Below are positions 57,737 to 64,000 of a DNA stretch of 64,000 nt, piece by piece (the stretch's first letter is position 1; each line of letters starts with the position of its first letter). Origin of the DNA: an uncultured Gammaproteobacteria bacterium (GTDB lineage: Bacteria > Patescibacteriota > Microgenomatia > Levybacterales > UBA12049); contig CAZWXQ010000006.1 of the NCBI GenBank assembly GCA_964637955.1, positions 26,926 to 90,925 of the forward strand. Direction: 5' to 3'. Below the pieces are notes generated by a model. That model had not been told where the DNA came from, did no database searches, and saw nothing but the letters and a program-made list of their open reading frames with translations. The position numbers and the translations under genes were made by a program.

Positions 57737-58312
57737 TTAATTTTCTTCAGGTTTTACGCTAGGCTTTAATTTCAGATTGTGATTTAAGACTCTTTCAATA
57801 ACATTAACAGGCCATATGTTTGAGCCTTCAAATATGTCAGTATCACTTTCATCTGTAAAAATTCTTAAATTAGTTAACTCTGAATAAATAACAGCATTTT
57901 CCTCACTTATATCCCAGTTTTTATAATATTGCGGAGTTCTTGCCCAAAGAATAAGATTTAGGAGCGATTCTGTTTCTCTTGGTAAAGCCCACTGTGTAAG
58001 CATGTCATCTCTGTAATATGAATCATGACCTTGTTGTTGTTCAGAGTGAGATTTTTCTCTTCTTTCGTATCCTAGCTTTAAAGCTTCACCTAGCTCAACT
58101 ATCTTATCCCAATACTCTGGCATAGACTGGGCTAATCTATTCCAATCGCTTGGAGAAAGTTCCTGAGGATTATAAACTTCATTATTTTCATCAAAAGGTA
58201 TATAGCTTAAGACAATGTTCGCATCTCGTCCTCTTTTTTCGATGTATTCATCTTCGACATGCGGGGCATAGTAAACATCATAATCATGCTCTAGTCTGTT
58301 TTTTACTGGCAT
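57737..58312 (-). CDS. Hypothetical protein
   Basis: 191-aa ORF downstream of VKOR. Confidence 0.55.
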   Translation of the reverse strand: MPVKNRLEHDYDVYYAPHVEDEYIEKRGRDANIVLSYIPFDENNEVYNPQELSPSDWNRLAQSMPEYWDKIVELGEALKLGYERREKSHSEQQQGHDSYYRDDMLTQWALPRETESLLNLILWARTPQYYKNWDISEENAVIYSELTNLRIFTDESDTDIFEGSNIWPVNVIERVLNHNLKLKPSVKPEEN

Positions 58313-58321
58313 GTGTGGATA

Positions 58322-58777
58322 TTACTTTTGTTTTTGTGTCTCGTCAACAGTGGTATTGTGTCTGATTTTTTTAAGATCTGAAATGCCAATTAAGAATAGA
58401 ATTGATATGCAAAATTCAGTGACTAGGCAGTACTGGCAAAATTCTTTTATTACAGCTGCTTGGAGGAAGAGAAAATAGCTGGAGATAATCATGCCTGAAA
58501 AAACTAATAATAAATAAATTTTATATATTGATGTCTTAAAGCCAGAAAAAAGTAAAGTTGAGAGTGCCAAGGTCGTAGCATAAAATAATACTCCTACTAG
58601 AGAAACAGGGATGCCCATTATTTCTGCATATTTACTTGTAAGGACTACTTCACAGCCTGAGAAGGTGCATGGGGGAATGGTATTCTGAAAATGGAGAATT
58701 GTTAGATATGATGAGATGAAGAACGCCATGAGAGAGAAAATTAATCCGTAAAAATATTTATTTTTTAGTAGGCTCAT
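58322..58777 (-). CDS. Vitamin K epoxide reductase family protein
   Basis: C....C..VL.S.YA...GIP, TM helices, CQYC. Confidence 0.9.
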   Translation of the reverse strand: MSLLKNKYFYGLIFSLMAFFISSYLTILHFQNTIPPCTFSGCEVVLTSKYAEIMGIPVSLVGVLFYATTLALSTLLFSGFKTSIYKIYLLLVFSGMIISSYFLFLQAAVIKEFCQYCLVTEFCISILFLIGISDLKKIRHNTTVDETQKQK

Positions 58778-58842
58778 TAATAAAATAGATTATATCTAAT
58801 CTCTAATAAATAAATGTGATCAATATCATTAAGACTTGTGAT

Positions 58843-59625
58843 TTATCTTAGAGGTTTGGTGGTGGGTTTAGCTGTTATTTCTGTGTTACTTGATGAGCCT
58901 GCTGATCCTAGTTCAGAATCAATTAAGGTTTTAAATCCCGCAAGTCCATTTGGAGCTATTTGTTTATTTCCTACGAAGAATGATGGAGTAGAGTTAAGTC
59001 CGAGTGAAATAGCCTCAGTTTCGCCTGCCTTAACAGCATTTTTGGCTTCATCTGAGTTCATGATTTCTAGAAACTTAGCCTCGTCCATTCCTGCAATCTG
59101 AGCATAGCTAGTAAATACTTCTGTTGGATCCTTGAGTTCTTCCCAGTCTTTTTGTTTGCTAAAGAGTAAGTCTTTCATTTCTTTAAATTTACCAAGCTTC
59201 CAAGCTGCATATCCAGCTTGGCCTGAGATTAATGCATTTTGGTGAATTCCTGTAAGAGGGAAGAATCTGTAAACCACTTTTACTTTTCCGTCATATTCAG
59301 AAAGAAGCTGATTTATGATTGGGTTATATGAAGCACATGCTGGACATTGGAAATCAGCATATTCATAAACCACTATTTTTGCTTGAGGATTTCCAAGGAC
59401 TATATCGTTTGCTGAAACTGCTTTAAGATTTTCTTTTACCACAGGTTCAGCGGTAGGACCTTGCTTATTTGCTAATTGGACGAGGATTGCAAGTCCAGCG
59501 ATACAGGCGATGATGACTCCACCCCAAAGTGCGACCTTTTTCATCATTTCAGAGCGCTGTTCTTTTTTGAGGCTTGCTTCCCAGTTGGAGCTTGATTTTT
59601 CTGGAGTATGTTCCTTCTTTTGCAT
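58843..59625 (-). CDS. DsbA-family thiol-disulfide oxidoreductase
   Basis: EYADFQCPAC, RFFPL, STPSFFV; N-terminal TM; start set at ATG 59625. Confidence 0.92.
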   Translation of the reverse strand: MQKKEHTPEKSSSNWEASLKKEQRSEMMKKVALWGGVIIACIAGLAILVQLANKQGPTAEPVVKENLKAVSANDIVLGNPQAKIVVYEYADFQCPACASYNPIINQLLSEYDGKVKVVYRFFPLTGIHQNALISGQAGYAAWKLGKFKEMKDLLFSKQKDWEELKDPTEVFTSYAQIAGMDEAKFLEIMNSDEAKNAVKAGETEAISLGLNSTPSFFVGNKQIAPNGLAGFKTLIDSELGSAGSSSNTEITAKPTTKPLR

Positions 59626-59775
59626 CCTTATATTCTTAAATAAAGTGAAGCAAAAATCAATAGGTAAGTATATGATGGCTATGGTAAAATACAATGAAAG
59701 TATAATTTATTAGATATCATTTATCATTTATTAATTCAATAGTAAATCGTAAATTCTAAATTGTATATTTTTCTT

Positions 59776-59849
59776 GTTCCCGTAGCTCAACCGGATAGAG
59801 CAGTCCCGTCCTAAGGGAAAGATTGGAGGTTCGACTCCTCTCGGGGACG
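59776..59849 (+). tRNA. tRNA-Arg(CCT), CCA not encoded
   Basis: Cloverleaf; anticodon loop GTCCTAA; GGTTCGACTCC T-arm. Confidence 0.9.
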
Positions 59850-59911
59850 CATATTGTATCAGGTACGTTTTTATTGACAATTTATTAAAAAGTAGCATAC
59901 TGACCCCACTT

Positions 59912-60286
59912 ATGCCTAACACGCCTGACAATAGAGAAAATAAAGCTTACCAATTTTCTAAAAAAGCATCTGATCTAACTTCTATGGATTTAGCACATGC
60001 AGCACAAGCTATAGGGGGAGGTTTAAATCTCGCTGATGGTAATTTATTTGATAATAGTCTTTTACATTCAGATATAGGTTTTTCAATTAGATTTGGAAAT
60101 CCAAACGGAGATGACACAAGCACATATATTACTCATCCATGGGGATTAAGTTTAGGATTTAAAGATCCTCAAGTTACGCTTGAAGGCAGAACGGTAGTTG
60201 TTGAAGGATGGACAGGTACAAAAATTGGAAGAATTGAACTTTCTCAAGGTTCGGTTGTATTTAAGCAAGCTCCCTCTGATGAATAA
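59912..60286 (+). CDS. Hypothetical protein
   Basis: 124-aa ORF with TTGACA promoter upstream. Confidence 0.55.
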   Translation: MPNTPDNRENKAYQFSKKASDLTSMDLAHAAQAIGGGLNLADGNLFDNSLLHSDIGFSIRFGNPNGDDTSTYITHPWGLSLGFKDPQVTLEGRTVVVEGWTGTKIGRIELSQGSVVFKQAPSDE

Positions 60287-60334
60287 TTTTCTTCTTGACA
60301 CAGCTAGGCCTATATTGATAAAATTCCTCGGATT

Positions 60335-60814
60335 ATGTCACGAGCTGAAGGATCAATTCCGTTCGAAAAACCACATTCTCAAAATATTCGTTTGGGAAAT
60401 AAGCTGGCTGTAAGATACAGAGGCTCAGGCTCAGCTCTTCCTATTTCGGATGAAATAGCAACAAGTAAGAATCTTAGACGAAGACAGAATGACAGAGTTG
60501 CAGGTGAGCCTCTTCCATTGATGTCTCCTACATTTAAAAAAGCTACATATTCAGGTGTCCATGCAGGTGGATTGGCAATAGATATAAAAGAAGCTGTAGT
60601 TAGACCAACTGGAAGAATAGAGATGGAGATAAGCTATATGGGCTTACCACCAGTGCGAGAAGTCTCGAGTGTAAGAGAAGAATTTGCTTCAGGTAACATA
60701 GTAATTGGAGCAGCCGATACCGAGACTGAAATTTTAGTTACTGACGATGTAATTATTTTTCCAAACTACTCAAATCATCTTATTCCGCATCTAGACAAAG
60801 AACCAGCCGCATAA
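60335..60814 (+). CDS. Hypothetical protein
   Basis: 159-aa ORF with TTGACA...TAAAAT upstream. Confidence 0.55.
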   Translation: MSRAEGSIPFEKPHSQNIRLGNKLAVRYRGSGSALPISDEIATSKNLRRRQNDRVAGEPLPLMSPTFKKATYSGVHAGGLAIDIKEAVVRPTGRIEMEISYMGLPPVREVSSVREEFASGNIVIGAADTETEILVTDDVIIFPNYSNHLIPHLDKEPAA

Positions 60815-60885
60815 AATCCTCATAGCAATAACTATAAGTTATTTTTATCTTGAGAAATTAGCCTTACAGTGGTATAATACAGGCG

Positions 60886-63800
60886 ATGAAAGAAGCAACT
60901 TTATTAAGAGAGCCAGTAAACCTTAAAGACAGCCAAATGCCTCACTTAGATGTAGGAGCAGAGCTTGCTGGATTAAGACGAAGAGGCTCTGGATTTCTGT
61001 ATTTAAAACGATTGGAAAGAGATCCTATGAATATGGATGAGTATATTCATGTTACTCGTATTGATCAGAATGGAAACGCGATAGTTTTGGGTCAAAGGTG
61101 GGTAGCTGCAACAAATACTTATGAGGAGATTAGGCAAGGCAGTTATGATAAAAAATATAGCAACAATGTCCTAAAGCAGGGGAAGATAGATAAAGCTTAT
61201 CATCACATAAAAGACAATACTACAGGTATGTATTGGTTAACTCAAATTACTGACTGGGACGTTACAGGATTAGCACCAACTTCTCAAAGTTTACTTGCTC
61301 AGGAATTTGAATCAAAACAGCAAAATGCCTTTGTTTATGATAAAGATGGTAGAGTGATTAGTGGTCCTGGATATACAAGGCCATGGGCTTATCAGGGTGT
61401 AACTCCGCCTTGGACATATAATTATCCTCAAGAATCATATCCTTGGGTACAGCAAGGGCCAGTACCAGCTCCAGCATCTCCTGCTGAGGAGACACAACCT
61501 GCACCGGAAAACCCAGCGGTAACAGCCATAAATAATTTGGGAGCTTCGATCCAAGAAGGGTTTGGAAGAGTGGAAGAAGAGTTAACTCAACTTGAAGAAG
61601 CGGACACACAGTTAGGCCAAAGAATTGGAGCATTGGAAGGAAATGCACTTACAGAGGAAAGAGTAAGAGAAATTGCGACAGCTGCAGCAATGGCTGCTCT
61701 TGCAGCTTCGAGAGATGCTGGTGCCACTCCAGACAGAAGAGCTACTCCAGATCCGATTACTACTCCAGCCCCAGATAGGACTGATGGATCTCCAGCAGTA
61801 AGACCTGTTGCTGCTCAGCCTGCTCGAGCTCCTATGCCACCAACTCCTAGGGTTGAACCAGCTCCAGATGCTCATGCTGATGGATCACAGACTGTAGTAG
61901 AAAATCAAGCTCAAGAGGCTTATCTCCAATCCTTGGCTGATTTTATGGATGAAGTTGCTGCAGATGCTTATTCAAACCATCAGGAATTAGAAGCCGCCCG
62001 CGCAGAAGTTAGAGAATTGCGCGAAGAAATTGGAGAGCTTGATGGACGTTCTATAGCTATTTTAGCTTTAGTTAATAATATTAATAATAGATTAGGTGCT
62101 CAAGTTGCAGCTCCTACTGTTACGCCAGATCAAGCTGCACGAGCACCACAGCCTGGTGATAATCAAACAACACCTCCAGACGTAACACCTTCCGGTGGTC
62201 AAGCCAATCCTGATAGTACCCAGCCAGTACAAGCTGAGCCAGGGCCGACTGCCGCTCCATCACGTGACAATCCGTCTCAGACAACAGCTCCAGCGGTGGA
62301 GGCAGAGCCTGAAGTAGCGGAAGATCAAGTTGCTCGGGAATTAGCATCACTTAGAACTCTCTTGGAAGATATGGATCGAGTACAAGAATCTCAGAATTCA
62401 GAACTTGCGAATCTTTCAGGACAACTCCAAGCACTATCCGAAGGAGAGGATGAGCGAACATCAAGAATTGTAGCAGCAGCGCTTTTAGCTCATAGAAGAC
62501 AAATAGAAGAAGATCAAGCTACCGCTCCATCAGTCGCAACATCTGCGGCTTCATCAGGCGAACAAGCGCCTGCAGGTGAGTCAGCGTCTCCTTCTGGGTC
62601 TGCGACTATTTCTGGATCGGCTGCAGCTGAGTCCATTGCAGCTACAGCTGCGGTGGCAACAGAAGTAGAGATGAAAACCCCCAGAAGAATTAGAAGAGTA
62701 ATCGATGCTTGGAAATTGGGCTCAGCCTCTATGGATGAATCAAATAAAAGAGTTGCAGATGCGATCGAAAGACACCTTCCTCATATTCATGCTAAAGCTA
62801 AAGCAAAAACAGCTGGTAGAGTAGCTGGAAATGTTGCTGTAGGATTAACTGCAGCTTCTGTTATCGCCGTTTCAAAAGGAGCTGAAGTCACAAGAAAAAC
62901 AGCTCGCAAAATGGATGCTTCTAATAAAGAAGCAGCAAGGAGAGCTGCTATAGCTATAGATGATTTTAGTCAAAGAAATGAAGTAACTTCTAAGCCACTT
63001 GATCCTAAATTTGCATTCAGGCATAGTCGTGTTGGTAGAGTTTTAGTGCCAACTGTAAAAGCAGCCGGAGCAGTAAATAGAGGAGTAGGAAGAGCAGAAG
63101 ATACGATTGGAGAAGTTATGACCCCAGTGGTTATGGGTACAGCAGCAGCTATTGACAAAAGCGTTGCTGGGTCAGTTATTTTGGGAAGTAAAGGTATTTC
63201 AAGTGTGAGAGGATTTAGAGATTCTGTTGTAAATAGGATAAACCGTGGAAAACCAATTAATGAAAATGTCGGTGAGCAAACATCAGGCATAGGATATGCT
63301 ATTCCTGTTTGGGGAGATGACGGAGATGAAATGGACGAGGCGTCTCCAGTACATCCGAGACCAGCAGAAGACGCAAGATCTGCTGATGTTTTTTCAGTTC
63401 AGCCAGATCAGACGGAAGATGCTTCGCAAGAACCAGTATCTGTACCTGTAGCAGCAGGAGCATGGGATTTGCCAGGACTTGATGCTTGGGGTTTTGCAGA
63501 TGAAGCCCAGATAATTCCTTCAGGACAAACTGCTCCATTGATAACTCTGCCAAAACCTTCAGACCCAATTTTTTGGGAAAGTGAGGAGTGGACGGATGGT
63601 GCTCCTATACCTGATTGGGTAACAGGAAATGGTGGAGATCCTAAAGGTGGATCTAAGGCTCCAGCTGAAGTAATTCTTGAGCCTGAGGCTGAAGAAGATA
63701 GACCTTTAAGCCCAGAAAGATTATTTAACGGAACTGGCTTATTTAAAGATCCAGCCTTGCTTACTGCAGGCGAAGAAACCCCTTTAATAGGCGAAGGGTC

Positions 63801-64000
63801 TATTGAAGAAAGCCCTAAGCTAGAAGATGTAAAGATTGTTTATGAAGGAAGAGATATGCATGGAAGATTCGTTTCACCAGTTGATGGTCTAAATAAAACT
63901 ATAGTTTTCGATAATCAAGCTAATTTTTCTTTAACCGATAGAGGAAGAGAAGCAAGGCTAAATGTTTTTAAATATTTTGATTTTCCTACCGAATTGTCAG
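60886..64000 (+). CDS. Large low-complexity/coiled-coil protein, 3' end outside window (absent from ORF track)
   Basis: ATG 60886, 7 nt after TATAAT; no in-frame stop seen in the lines checked up to window end; MKEATLLREP..., Pro/Ala/Glu-rich linkers and heptad segments. Confidence 0.75.
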   Translation, partial: MKEATLLREPVNLKDSQMPHLDVGAELAGLRRRGSGFLYLKRLERDPMNMDEYIHVTRIDQNGNAIVLGQRWVAATNTYEEIRQGSYDKKYSNNVLKQGKIDKAYHHIKDNTTGMYWLTQITDWDVTGLAPTSQSLLAQEFESKQQNAFVYDKDGRVISGPGYTRPWAYQGVTPPWTYNYPQESYPWVQQGPVPAPASPAEETQPAPENPAVTAINNLGASIQEGFGRVEEELTQLEEADTQLGQRIGALEGNALTEERVREIATAAAMAALAASRDAGATPDRRATPDPITTPAPDRTDGSPAVRPVAAQPARAPMPPTPRVEPAPDAHADGSQTVVENQAQEAYLQSLADFMDEVAADAYSNHQELEAARAEVRELREEIGELDGRSIAILALVNNINNRLGAQVAAPTVTPDQAARAPQPGDNQTTPPDVTPSGGQANPDSTQPVQAEPGPTAAPSRDNPSQTTAPAVEAEPEVAEDQVARELASLRTLLEDMDRVQESQNSELANLSGQLQALSEGEDERTSRIVAAALLAHRRQIEEDQATAPSVATSAASSGEQAPAGESASPSGSATISGSAAAESIAATAAVATEVEMKTPRRIRRVIDAWKLGSASMDESNKRVADAIERHLPHIHAKAKAKTAGRVAGNVAVGLTAASVIAVSKGAEVTRKTARKMDASNKEAARRAAIAIDDFSQRNEVTSKPLDPKFAFRHSRVGRVLVPTVKAAGAVNRGVGRAEDTIGEVMTPVVMGTAAAIDKSVAGSVILGSKGISSVRGFRDSVVNRINRGKPINENVGEQTSGIGYAIPVWGDDGDEMDEASPVHPRPAEDARSADVFSVQPDQTEDASQEPVSVPVAAGAWDLPGLDAWGFADEAQIIPSGQTAPLITLPKPSDPIFWESEEWTDGAPIPDWVTGNGGDPKGGSKAPAEVILEPEAEEDRPLSPERLFNGTGLFKDPALLTAGEETPLIGEGSIEESPKLEDVKIVYEGRDMHGRFVSPVDGLNKTIVFDNQANFSLTDRGREARLNVFKYFDFPTELS

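Noticed and set aside
59731-59931. 66-aa minus-strand ORF
   Set aside because: Antisense to tRNA-Arg.
61358-63568. Short minus-strand ORFs near the window end
   Set aside because: Antisense shadows of the long plus-strand ORF starting at 60886.
1-64000. Diversity-generating retroelement or group II intron
   Set aside because: No reverse-transcriptase ORF, and no TR/VR pair differing at adenines was noticed.

Overview
AT-rich bacterial chromosome segment. Gene content suggests a Patescibacteria/CPR organism, probably Microgenomates (inference). It holds giant surface proteins, WxL-like proteins, glycosyltransferases, a VirD4/TraG-like ATPase, comEA/comEC, DsbA/VKOR, rho, leuS, argS, ndk and two tRNAs lacking CCA. 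Many native genes have their own sigma70 promoter, a very short leader and no Shine-Dalgarno (SD). The main unexplained feature is four dispersed high-GC cassettes (about 15.7-18.9, 37.9-39.3, 46.1-47.7 and 48.9-50.1 kb) with no mobility genes. They share an rRNA-operon-like architecture: host-type promoter, a (A)TTTGC-loop hairpin with covarying stem, a boxA-like 12-mer, and a leader segment complementary to the 3' trailer. Inside are orphan GC3-rich ORFs, mostly with strong SD sites. My working hypothesis is antiterminated, end-paired mRNA cassettes tuned for a different, high-GC translation system such as a host cell; this is untested. Other candidates are a multi-copy structured RNA motif (5.1-5.8 kb and 28.2 kb), an over-represented TGAGGCTA 8-mer, AT-rich heptamer elements that donate start codons, an integrase-SAM/adhesin fusion, a MerR 19-bp promoter driving an orphan gene, and a lone PurF-like gene. 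Everything was read by eye; no database searches or folding programs were run.
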